64,000 bases of DNA from a bacterium. Lineage in GTDB: Bacteria > Patescibacteriota > Microgenomatia > UBA1406 > GWC2-37-13. Shown in pieces: positions 16,775 to 24,722 of this stretch; the first letter of the stretch is position 1, and each line of letters starts with the position of its first letter. The notes under the pieces are model-generated. The model made no database searches. It was not told where the DNA came from and saw only the letters and a list, made by a program, of their open reading frames with translations. The position numbers and the translations under genes are program-made. The stretch is from the NCBI GenBank assembly GCA_021789995.1, contig JAJYIQ010000003.1, positions 7,767-71,766 on the forward strand. Reading direction: 5' to 3'.

Positions 16775-17176
16775 ATGTTGAAAGGTTTTAAAGATTTTAT
16801 ATTGAGAGGCAACATGGTTGATCTGGCAGTAGCAGTTGTTATTGGTGCCGCTTTCAGTTCGATAATAAACTCACTGGTTAAAGACTTGATAACACCTTTA
16901 ATTGCCGCAATCGGTGGTAAACCCGACTTCTCTAACATTTATTTTACCGTTAACAAGAGCCGTTTTATGATCGGTGACTTTTTGAATTCCCTTATCTCGT
17001 TTCTTATTATTTCCGCTGTCGTATACTTTTTTGTAATCATGCCTATAAATAAAATAATGGATAGAATGAAAAGCGGTAAAAGCCCGGATCCGACTGAAAA
17101 AGCATGTCCCGAATGCCTCAGTCTTATCCTCATCAAAGCGAGAAGGTGCAAATTTTGTACTGCTGTTCTTAAATAA
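16775..17176 (+). CDS. mscL: large-conductance mechanosensitive channel MscL with a C-terminal CxxC...CxxC extension
   Basis: MLKGFKDFILRGNMVDLAVAVVIGAAF...LITPLIAAIGG is the MscL signature. An AAGGAGG RBS lies 8 nt upstream of the ATG at 16775. The tail CPECLSLILIKARRCKFC looks like a zinc ribbon. Confidence 0.85.
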   Translation: MLKGFKDFILRGNMVDLAVAVVIGAAFSSIINSLVKDLITPLIAAIGGKPDFSNIYFTVNKSRFMIGDFLNSLISFLIISAVVYFFVIMPINKIMDRMKSGKSPDPTEKACPECLSLILIKARRCKFCTAVLK

Positions 17177-17317
17177 ATTAAATGGCGATTTGCCGAAGTG
17201 ATTTACCGCCTGATTCTGCAGTAAACCGGTTACAAGCGACTTGAAGCAGACAAACACGGTTATATTAAGTACATTATTGCTCCCCCGAGAGGATTCGAAC
17301 CTCTAACCTCGAAGTTA

Positions 17318-17834
17318 CACTTGCCTTTTTGTTACCAAAAAGAGTGGACTATTTCATCCAGGTATCATTCGATATCTGGTCGGGTGTATAGTCTCTACAC
17401 ATTTTCCTTCGACGATGCTCAGGATTTAGCTCGAGATTAACCTCCGAATCGGAGGTCTTCCTCGAATTAGCCCGATTTTTCCTTTCCGAATTACTTCGGA
17501 AGGCTGCAAAATGCCGGCATGAATTTCTCTATGACAATTGGAACAAACCAAAATGCATTTATTAAGTTCCTTTTTAGTCCGCTCCCAAGATCTGGTTATT
17601 CCATCTTTCGAAAGACCAAAATCTTTCTTGTTTTCATCTAAATGATGAAAATCCAGAGCCGCTTGGCATCGTCTATAGCCACAATTCATGCATCTTCCAC
17701 CTTTATATTCAATCGCTTGTTCCCGAATTCTTTTACGTCTTCGGGTAACTGCCATTATCAAATATTCGCGGCGGTCGGCATAAGTCCTCTTTTCTGACAT
17801 AATCTAATTATAGTCAAAAAGCGACATTAGTGTT
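17318..17834 (-). mobile_element. group I intron (IC3-like core) carrying an HNH ORF in the P1 loop
   Basis: Elements on the minus strand:
- IGS GCAGCCUU (17500-17507), which pairs with the exon end GAAGCUGU through a U.G wobble.
- P2 CCGAA-GUAA-UUCGG (17486-17499).
- P3 UCGGG/CCCGA (17471-75 / 17380-84).
- P-like AAUUCGAGG, a P5 hairpin CCUCCGAUUCGGAGG, and Q-like AAUCUCGAGC.
- R GUGUAGAGACUAUA (17387-17400).
- A P8 hairpin (17358-17379).
- S GAAAUAGUCC (17346-17355).
- P9 CUUUUUG-GUAA-CAAAAAG.
- Terminal G at 17318. Confidence 0.75.
17426..17800 (-). CDS. HNH homing-endonuclease-like protein (intron-encoded), 124 aa
   Basis: CMNCGY...LDFHHLDENKKDF...LVCSNCHREIHAG is the HNH/zinc-finger motif. 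The 3' end of the ORF overlaps the intron core P3-P5/Q. A TATAAT lies 6 nt upstream of the ATG. Confidence 0.8.
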   Translation of the reverse strand: MSEKRTYADRREYLIMAVTRRRKRIREQAIEYKGGRCMNCGYRRCQAALDFHHLDENKKDFGLSKDGITRSWERTKKELNKCILVCSNCHREIHAGILQPSEVIRKGKIGLIRGRPPIRRLISS

Positions 17835-17847
17835 ACAGCTTCTTGCT

Positions 17848-18111
17848 CTACCGTTGAGCTACAGGGGAAATTAAATTTTTAAGGTACTCACGACCACGAT
17901 AACTTTTTAACTGTTTTTCTCTGATTAGCACTTTATTTCTACTGTCATGCTCTTCTTTATAAAACAGTTCCCAAATTCCATCAAACCTATTCGTATAGCA
18001 GCTTTTAAATTCATGTGTATTATATAATTTTATTCGTAAATCTAAATCTTTAGTTTGACCAATATAGATTTTCTTATGCTTCTTGTTGTAAATTGCATAT
18101 ACATAATACAT
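17848..18111 (-). CDS. GIY-YIG (URI-domain) nuclease family protein, 87 aa
   Basis: YVYAIYN...KIYIGQT, LRIKLYN and REKQLKSYRGREYLKN. It is a paralogue of the ORF at 262-510. It has no stop of its own. The last 6 codons plus the stop are tRNA-Asn nt 1-21 (TCC CCT GTA GCT CAA CGG TAG). Confidence 0.85.
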   Translation of the reverse strand: MYYVYAIYNKKHKKIYIGQTKDLDLRIKLYNTHEFKSCYTNRFDGIWELFYKEEHDSRNKVLIREKQLKSYRGREYLKNLISPVAQR

Positions 18112-18126
18112 ATCAATTCAATTATA

Positions 18127-18169
18127 CTTCTTGCTCTACCTCCGCCAGCTGGCGGAGAGCTACAGGGGA
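18127..18169 (-). other. duplicated 5' half of tRNA-Asn (nt 1-30) with a 16-bp GC palindrome in the D-loop
   Basis: Reverse complement: TCCCCTGTAGCTC-[TCCGCCAGCTGGCGGA]-GGTAGAGCAAGAAG. It is identical to tRNA-Asn nt 1-13 and 17-30, with AAC replaced by the palindrome. TATAAT and the GIY-YIG start follow it. Confidence 0.6.
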
Positions 18170-18293
18170 ATAGATTTTTAAAGTGCTTGAAAATATAATA
18201 ATTATATCATGATTGTAAGGTTAATCCAGCTTTTATTACGCGCCTCTTTGATTATTTCAGTTATTTTTAAGCAATTTATGCTATTTTTATCTT

Positions 18294-18725
18294 ATGAAAA
18301 AGTTGTTATTGTCATTATTCGTCGTTTTTCTGTTCGTGATTTACAGTCTGTCGAAAAATCAATCATTGAGCCAATCGCCGGCCACCCCGCCGATCGCCTT
18401 TCCCTCACCCACAGCGGATCGAACCAATAATAGTAGCAACGGTAATTATAAAAACGGACAGTATACCGGTGATTCAGTCGATGCCTTCTACGGCAATGTC
18501 CAGGTGCAGACGACTGTCCAAAACGGGAAAATTACCGATGTTCAATTTTTGCAGTATCCCAGCGACCGGATGACATCAAGAATGATCAATATGCAGGCTA
18601 TACCGATGCTGAAGCAGGAAGTGATCCAGGCGCAAAACGCCAATGTCGATATTGTCAGCGGTGCCACCGACACCAGCCAGGCGTTTATACAGTCGTTAAC
18701 CAGTGCCTTAAATCAGGCAAAATAA
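18294..18725 (+). CDS. secreted/membrane-anchored FMN-binding domain protein
   Basis: Signal/TM MKKLLLSLFVVFLFVIYSL. FMN_bind-type domain containing VDIVSGATDTS, which matches the Dxx(s/t)gAT flavinylation motif used by ApbE. Confidence 0.75.
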   Translation: MKKLLLSLFVVFLFVIYSLSKNQSLSQSPATPPIAFPSPTADRTNNSSNGNYKNGQYTGDSVDAFYGNVQVQTTVQNGKITDVQFLQYPSDRMTSRMINMQAIPMLKQEVIQAQNANVDIVSGATDTSQAFIQSLTSALNQAK

Positions 18726-18737
18726 TTTTTTAAATTA

Positions 18738-19484
18738 ATGAAAGCAACTCGGATATTGATGGATATGCCAATAACGGTAGACATCGTTGATAAAACAGCG
18801 ACAGCCAAAATGACTGATGCTATTTTTAATTATTTTAAATACATTGATGAAAAATTCAGCCCATTTAAACCAACCAGCGAATTGTCGCAAATTAACACCG
18901 GCCGAATTGATAAACATCAGTGGAGCCGGGATATGCAAATGGTTTTCAAATTAAGTCTGCAAACCAAACGGGAAACAAACGGTTATTTTGACATCCGTCA
19001 TAATGACAAATACAATCCGTCGGGTCTGGTCAAAGGTTGGGCGATTTACAACGCCGCCAACCTTTTGAAAAAACAGGGGGTTAAAAATTTTTTTATCGAC
19101 GCCGGCGGCGATATCCAGGTGGCCGGAAAAAATCATGAGGAAAAAAAATGGCGTGTCGGCATCCGCAACCCGTTTAACCGGAACGAAAACATAAAAATTA
19201 TTTTTATCAGTCATGAGGGGGTGGCCACTTCCGGTACCTATATCCGCGGCCAGCACATATATAATCCCCATGAACCGCACAAAAAAATAAACGATATCGT
19301 CAGCCTGACCGTCATCGCACCAAATATATATGAGGCGGACCGCTTTGTCACCGCGGCATTTGCCATGGGAAAAAAGGGAATCGAATTTATAAGTGAACTG
19401 AAAGGATTCGAGGGCTATATGATCGACTGCAAAGGAATAGCCACATTTACCAGTGGATTTAATAAATATGTCAAACCCGATTGA
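18738..19484 (+). CDS. apbE: FAD:protein FMN transferase (ApbE family)
   Basis: NPSGLVKGWA...FFIDAGGDIQVAG...GVATSGTYIRG matches the ApbE signature blocks. Confidence 0.8.
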   Translation: MKATRILMDMPITVDIVDKTATAKMTDAIFNYFKYIDEKFSPFKPTSELSQINTGRIDKHQWSRDMQMVFKLSLQTKRETNGYFDIRHNDKYNPSGLVKGWAIYNAANLLKKQGVKNFFIDAGGDIQVAGKNHEEKKWRVGIRNPFNRNENIKIIFISHEGVATSGTYIRGQHIYNPHEPHKKINDIVSLTVIAPNIYEADRFVTAAFAMGKKGIEFISELKGFEGYMIDCKGIATFTSGFNKYVKPD

Positions 19485-20955
19485 TAATTTTTTAAACCGG
19501 ATTACGATGTACCGGCTGGTACTTTATTATTTGATAGTCCTCGTTTTGGCGACGGCCGGCTTGAGCTATTTTCACCTGTTGAATTACGACCCGGTAGCCG
19601 TCATTTTGTCGGCCGCTTTCCTGTATTTTTTTAGCGGTTTTGTCAATGATTTTTTCGCCAAAATTTATCGTGTTCCGGCCAATGTCGAATCCGTCTACAT
19701 CACTGCTCTGATTTTGACTTTGATCGTCGCCCCCGCCAAATCGGTCACCGATTTTTTCTTTTTGGGAATCGTAGCCATTATCGCGATGACTTCCAAATAC
19801 ATCCTCAACATTAACGGTAAGCATATTTTTAATCCGGCCGCTATTGCCGTCGTCATCACCGCCTTTTTTTTAAACCGGCCGGCCGACTGGTGGATTGGCA
19901 ATCCGTATATGTTGCCATTTGTCATCGCCGGCGGCCTGTTGGTCGTCCGTAAAATCCGGCGGGAGAATATGGTTTTTGGTTTCCTGATATCGGCTATTTT
20001 CATCATCGTCGGATCATCCTGGATTAATAGCAATAATATCATCACCAGCTTGAGCCAGGTTCTTTTCCATTCCCCCTTATTTTTCTTCGCTTTTGTCATG
20101 TTAACCGAACCGCTGACAACACCGCCGACCGACATGTTGCAAATTATTTATGGGATACTGGTCGGGATTTTGTTTAACCCAAATATTCACCTGGGCAATA
20201 TTTATTCGACTCCGGAATTGGTTCTGGTCGCCGGTAATATTTTTTCCTACCTTGCCAGCCCGAAAGAAAAATTATTGTTACCGCTTAAGGAAAAAGTCAA
20301 AATCGCCAATAAAACTTATGATTTTATTTTCCCGAAAAATAATTTATCGTTTATTCCCGGCCAATACATGGAATGGACGCTCGCACATAACAATGTGGAT
20401 GATCGCGGCAACCGCCGGTATTTTACAATGGCGTCTTCGCCAACGGAAGATAATATCCGCCTTGGCGTCAAGTTTTATGAACCGGCCAGCAGTTACAAAA
20501 AAGCGATGCTGGTAATGGATCAAAACCAGGAAATTATTGCCGGTCAACGCACCGGCGATTTCACTATGCCTTCCGACAGGAATAAAAAACTGGTGTTTAT
20601 GGCCGGCGGCATCGGCGTCACCCCCTTCCGTAGCATGCTGAAATATTTGATCGACACAAACGAACGCCGCGATATCGTCGTTTTTTATTCCGACAAAAAC
20701 GAAACGGAAATCGCCTACAAAGATATTTTTGATGAAGCGCAGCAAAAATTAGGAATAAAAACAGTATACGTCTGCACCGAAAAAACGGGTCGAATAAACG
20801 ATAAAATTATTGTGCAGGAAATACCCGATTTTAAAGACCGTTATTTTTATCTCTCCGGCCCCCACGCGATGGTAGCCGGTTTTGAAACATTACTGAAAAA
20901 CTTAGGGATGGGCACATCTCATATCAAAACCGATTTCTTCCCGGGATATGTATAA
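19453..20955 (+). CDS. fusion of an RnfD/NqrB-like membrane domain and a ferredoxin-NADP reductase-like (FAD/NAD-binding) domain
   Basis: The N-terminal half has about 8 TM helices with FNPAAIAVV and MLTEPLTTPPT, as in the NQR2/RnfD/RnfE family. The C-terminal half has RRYFTMASSP (RxYS FAD motif) and MAGGIGVTPFRSML (NAD motif). The start is uncertain (19453 or the ATG at 19468). Confidence 0.7.
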   Translation: MDLINMSNPIDNFLNRITMYRLVLYYLIVLVLATAGLSYFHLLNYDPVAVILSAAFLYFFSGFVNDFFAKIYRVPANVESVYITALILTLIVAPAKSVTDFFFLGIVAIIAMTSKYILNINGKHIFNPAAIAVVITAFFLNRPADWWIGNPYMLPFVIAGGLLVVRKIRRENMVFGFLISAIFIIVGSSWINSNNIITSLSQVLFHSPLFFFAFVMLTEPLTTPPTDMLQIIYGILVGILFNPNIHLGNIYSTPELVLVAGNIFSYLASPKEKLLLPLKEKVKIANKTYDFIFPKNNLSFIPGQYMEWTLAHNNVDDRGNRRYFTMASSPTEDNIRLGVKFYEPASSYKKAMLVMDQNQEIIAGQRTGDFTMPSDRNKKLVFMAGGIGVTPFRSMLKYLIDTNERRDIVVFYSDKNETEIAYKDIFDEAQQKLGIKTVYVCTEKTGRINDKIIVQEIPDFKDRYFYLSGPHAMVAGFETLLKNLGMGTSHIKTDFFPGYV

Positions 20956-20956
20956 T

Positions 20957-21190
20957 TTATAGTTTCAGCAACTCCAACGATTTGTAAACAATCAGCGCCG
21001 GCCAGAAAAGCGCTTTCACAATACCAATAACCCACATCGATACGGTCGTGGCGTGCTGCAAAAAATAAAACAGGGCGCCGATGACGCCAATGCCGTATAG
21101 CGCTCCGCCGCCGGCCCCGCCGCCTCTTCCCCTACCGCATTTTCTCCATTCCTTCTTACAACAATCATTATCCTTTTCATCAGTTTTCAT
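20957..21190 (-). CDS. small Gly-rich membrane protein, hypothetical
   Basis: GRGRGGGAGGGALYGIGVIGALFYF followed by a second TM helix. No motif recognised. Confidence 0.4.
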   Translation of the reverse strand: MKTDEKDNDCCKKEWRKCGRGRGGGAGGGALYGIGVIGALFYFLQHATTVSMWVIGIVKALFWPALIVYKSLELLKL

Positions 21191-21331
21191 GGTGATGAAA
21201 TTTAATAATTAATAACTTATTCTATTTTTTCCCGAGATGCAGTATCTGCCGAACGTATAAATCTTACTGCTTTTTCCTCTTATTAATTATAAGAAGCGGA
21301 GTGCAGCTGAGGCTTATGATAAAATTGAAAA

Positions 21332-21466
21332 ATGATTATGACAGTTGTTGATATCTTACCGGCATATTTCAAGACCAACAATAAAGTGTTAAACGATTTG
21401 GGTATAATTTTGGATGACAGGGAAATCGTCAAAGATTTCCAGCAAATTATTGCTTTCCTTCAGTAA
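21332..21466 (+). CDS. possible 44-aa ORF (not in the supplied track)
   Basis: The ATG at 21332 opens MIMTVVDILPAYFKTNNKVLNDLGIILDDREIVKDFQQIIAFLQ, ending at the TAA at 21464-66. It lies in an otherwise empty 310-bp intergenic region. No clear RBS. Confidence 0.25.
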   Translation: MIMTVVDILPAYFKTNNKVLNDLGIILDDREIVKDFQQIIAFLQ

Positions 21467-21499
21467 ATTTTCAGATATTATAATTATTATTTTATGTAA

Positions 21500-22942
21500 A
21501 TGAAAATTGTCAGGCGACTTCCGGTAATATTAACGGGGTTATTGATCGTTGCCTATATCGTCATATTCTCATACGTCTCCATAGTCCGCTATCTCAGTCT
21601 TAATGCTCATTACTATGATCTTGGTATTATGGACCAGGTCGTTTATAATACCGCCAAAGGCAAAATTTTCGAAATGACCAACCCTGAAGGAACGCAGCAG
21701 ATCTCCCGCGCCGCCATTCATTTTGACCCGCTTATCATGGTGCTTGCCCCGCTATATTCGCTGAAACCGACACCAATCATTCTGCTGGTCGCCCAGACGA
21801 TAGTCCTGGCATTAGGGGCGATTGCCGTCTATCTCATTGCCAAAAAAATATTGAAAAACAGTTGGCTGGCGCTGTTATTTGTTTTCCTGTATCTTAACTA
21901 TTACCCGATGCAGCTATCCAATCTCTTCGATTTTCACACCGTCACTTTTGCCACCACCAGTCTCCTTTTCGCATTTTATTTTCTGGCGCTGGAACCATTG
22001 GCAAAAAAGAAGTGGAATTATCTGGTGGGAATCATGTTGATGATCGTTACTCTTTTTACCAAAGAAAATTCGTCCCTGACCCTGATGTTTTTCTCCGGTT
22101 ATCTCTGGCTGACAAAAAAAAATAAATTATACATCATTACTGGTATCGCCTGTGCATTATATTTTCTCATCGTTGTTTTCAAACTGATCCCCTCTTTCAA
22201 TAGTGCCGGCTCGTTTGCCATCAAATATTACGACTTTAATCATCCCCTTAATCTTGCCGGTCAGTTATTTTCCAAAACCAGTTTCCTTTACATCACCAGC
22301 CTGATGACGCCCTTCGGTCTGCTTTCATTAGCTGCCCCATTGCAATTTCTGATCAGTCTGCCTGAGCTGGCCCTGAATCTTTTATCTTCCAACCCCAATT
22401 TGCGCCAGTTCTATTTCCAATACACGGCGATGATAACACCGTTTGTCGTTATTTCCGCCATTTATGGTTATCACCGTCTGGAAAAATTAATTCCCAATTT
22501 TTCCCGGATTACTGTTGGTATCGTCAGTATCCTGCTAATTGTTAATGTCGCCAGCGGTTACCAGTCGGGGCCGGCCAAAACAATACAGTTAAAGGTTAAC
22601 CAGGAGACTTTAGCTGAAGTCGAATATTGGCGAAAATTGCTAAAAAACAACCGTTTTAAAATTTCCGCTACCGGTTCCATCGCACCTTTTTTTACCGAAC
22701 ACGAATACTTCTACGATTTTTTGTTTGATCCCGCCTATGCCGATGTGGGAGAAACAACCGCCGATGTCCTGAAAAATAGCGGCAAATATACCGCCGCCGA
22801 CTACGTCATTATTTTGACCAGCGATATCAATCTCCAGGATCCGTTGGTTACCCAATATTATAACAACCTGAAAAATAATCAGAATTTTCAGATGATTTCC
22901 GATAAAAACGGCGTCCAAGTCTATAAGAAAGATGCTGCTTGA
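21500..22942 (+). CDS. DUF2079-family polytopic membrane protein (GT-C-like)
   Basis: The N-terminal HYYDLGIMDQVVYNTAKGKIF motif and about 11 TM helices fit DUF2079 as I recall it. Confidence 0.6.
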   Translation: MKIVRRLPVILTGLLIVAYIVIFSYVSIVRYLSLNAHYYDLGIMDQVVYNTAKGKIFEMTNPEGTQQISRAAIHFDPLIMVLAPLYSLKPTPIILLVAQTIVLALGAIAVYLIAKKILKNSWLALLFVFLYLNYYPMQLSNLFDFHTVTFATTSLLFAFYFLALEPLAKKKWNYLVGIMLMIVTLFTKENSSLTLMFFSGYLWLTKKNKLYIITGIACALYFLIVVFKLIPSFNSAGSFAIKYYDFNHPLNLAGQLFSKTSFLYITSLMTPFGLLSLAAPLQFLISLPELALNLLSSNPNLRQFYFQYTAMITPFVVISAIYGYHRLEKLIPNFSRITVGIVSILLIVNVASGYQSGPAKTIQLKVNQETLAEVEYWRKLLKNNRFKISATGSIAPFFTEHEYFYDFLFDPAYADVGETTADVLKNSGKYTAADYVIILTSDINLQDPLVTQYYNNLKNNQNFQMISDKNGVQVYKKDAA

Positions 22943-22974
22943 TAAACCGGCCGGGGTAATACCCCAAGACATAG

Positions 22975-23439
22975 TTATCTTGAAGTATTACCGGTCGGTG
23001 TGCCCGAGGGATTACGCTGTAACGGGTTGATCTGAATATTTTTGGCCGTGACACTGCCGTCGGAATTAGCTTGACCAATTACAAGGACGTTGTCCCCCAC
23101 TTTCAAATCAGTTCTGGAAGCAGACGTCGTCTGTTCGATACTGGTCGAATCGGATAAGAGAATAATCCTGGTGCTGCCGTTAGCTAACTTAACGGTAATG
23201 GAATTGGCATCCATACTGATGATTTGGCCGACACCACCACCATTGCGGTTACGCGCCTGACCATTTCCATTTCTCACCATTCCTCCCGGCCCGTATTGGC
23301 CATTTCCAAACTGACCGCTACCGTATTGACTGGCAACAGTTGTCTGTTTACTTGATTGGTACTGCATGCCACCGAAAAAACCGGCGCCAAGACCGATAAT
23401 TAAAGCAATTATTCCGATTAAGATTACGTTATTTTTCAT
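22975..23439 (-). CDS. secreted Gly/Asn/Gln-rich protein with a DUF5666-like beta domain
   Basis: N-terminal TM/signal, a low-complexity GQ/GN region, then ISMDANSITVKLANGSTRIILL...VGDNVLVIG...DGSVTAKNIQI. It is the last gene of the efflux operon. Confidence 0.45.
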   Translation of the reverse strand: MKNNVILIGIIALIIGLGAGFFGGMQYQSSKQTTVASQYGSGQFGNGQYGPGGMVRNGNGQARNRNGGGVGQIISMDANSITVKLANGSTRIILLSDSTSIEQTTSASRTDLKVGDNVLVIGQANSDGSVTAKNIQINPLQRNPSGTPTGNTSR

Positions 23440-23495
23440 CTCTTTTCACCCCCGATCTGAATCATAAATAATTAATAACAAAACGGTTTTGGATT

Positions 23496-24719
23496 TTATT
23501 CATAACGAAGAGCTTCAATCGGCTGTAAGTTAGACGCTCTTTGTGCCGGATACCAGCCGAAAATGATTCCAATGCCGCCGGAAACAACAAATGCCAATAA
23601 AATCGCCTTCAGAGAAATAATGAACGGAAAACTGGTTAGTTTGGAAATGACGAAAGAAGCGGCAATTCCCAATATAGCACCAATTACTCCGCCGGTAAAA
23701 GTGAGAATGATTGATTCTGTCAGAAATTGGGTGGTGATCGTTTTTTTCTTCGCCCCGAGAGCTTTGCGCAAACCGATTTCCCGGGTCCGCTCGGTTACCG
23801 TCACCAGCATAATATTCATAATGCCGATGCCGCCGACCAGCAAGGATATGGCGGCGATGCCAGCAAGTAGCGAAGTAAACATGCCGGTCGTCGATGAAGC
23901 CATATTCAAAATATCCTGCTGCGACATGATGGAAAAATCCGCCTGTGTCGGATCCTTCAAATTATGACGGGCCAACAGCAAATAGCCGACCTGATCCTGG
24001 GCATCAACCATTACATCGGCCGACTTGGCCTCCAGGGCAATCGAGCTTAAATAGTTTTGGCCGAAAAGCACTTTCTGTGCTGTCGTCAGCGGCACATAAA
24101 TAATATCGTCCTGGTTCATGAAACCGCTGCCACCTTTACTGGCGGTGACGCCGGTAACTATAAGAGTCTGGCCGTTGATTCGCAATGTTTTACCGAGAAC
24201 ATCCGCTCCGTCACCATATAAATCGGTAACGACTTGTGGCCCGATAACAGCAACTTTCGCCATTTCGTCAACATCCCGCTGGGTAATGAAATTACCGGAA
24301 TCGACCGTCACCTTATGAACAATGGCATAATCGGGCGTAACGCCCACCACTTGGGTATTGGTATTACTGCCGCCGGTCGTCACCTGTGTCCGGCGGGACA
24401 CTTCCGGCGATACGCGGCTAACCGTCGTCACCTGACTGGAACTCATGATTGCTTTAGCATCATCAAGAGTGAGAGTGGTTCGGCCGCCGGCCGCTCCCCG
24501 GACACCGTTCTCGCTGGTCGATCCCGGCTCAACCGTCAATAAGTTGGCACCTAACGATTCAATTTGTGAAGAAACAGATTGCTGGGTCGCCTGGCCTAAA
24601 GATACCAAAGCAATAACGCTGCCGATCCCGATAACAATTCCCAAAATCGCCAAAAATGTCCGGGTTTTATTAAGAGTCAGCGTTCCTAAACTTTCCCAAA
24701 ATAGTTGAATATAGTCCAT
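23496..24719 (-). CDS. ABC transporter permease, MacB/FtsX-type
   Basis: Has the MacB_PCD-type periplasmic domain between TM1 and TM2. The C-terminal FtsX block is present (TVTERTREIGLRKALGA). Confidence 0.85.
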   Translation of the reverse strand: MDYIQLFWESLGTLTLNKTRTFLAILGIVIGIGSVIALVSLGQATQQSVSSQIESLGANLLTVEPGSTSENGVRGAAGGRTTLTLDDAKAIMSSSQVTTVSRVSPEVSRRTQVTTGGSNTNTQVVGVTPDYAIVHKVTVDSGNFITQRDVDEMAKVAVIGPQVVTDLYGDGADVLGKTLRINGQTLIVTGVTASKGGSGFMNQDDIIYVPLTTAQKVLFGQNYLSSIALEAKSADVMVDAQDQVGYLLLARHNLKDPTQADFSIMSQQDILNMASSTTGMFTSLLAGIAAISLLVGGIGIMNIMLVTVTERTREIGLRKALGAKKKTITTQFLTESIILTFTGGVIGAILGIAASFVISKLTSFPFIISLKAILLAFVVSGGIGIIFGWYPAQRASNLQPIEALRYE

Positions 24720-24722
24720 AGG

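Larger units (their letters stand above)
17280..17868 (-). tRNA. tRNA-Asn (GUU) interrupted by a group I intron (exons 17868-17835 and 17317-17280)
   Basis: The joined exons give TCCCCTG-TA-GCTC-AACGGTA-GAGC-A-AGAAG-CTGTTAA-CTTCG-AGGTT-AGAGG-TTCGAAT-CCTCT-CGGGGGA-G (72 nt). U1:A72 and G73 are as in bacterial tRNA-Asn. The anticodon loop CUGUUAA is split between U35 and U36. Confidence 0.8.

Noticed and set aside
17280-17868. Alternative splice assignment giving tRNA-Thr(UGU): 5' exon ending at U33 and intron ending at the G at 17320
   Set aside because: It also gives a 7-nt loop (CUUGUAA). However, the guide sequence GCAGCCUU pairs much better with ...GAAGCUGU (including the U.G wobble) than with ...GAAGCU. 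In addition, U1:A72 and G73 fit Asn rather than Thr identity.
22941-22965. GGGGTAATACCCC hairpin between convergent genes as a terminator
   Set aside because: The stem is short (4-6 bp) and there is no U-run on either strand. This is too weak to call.
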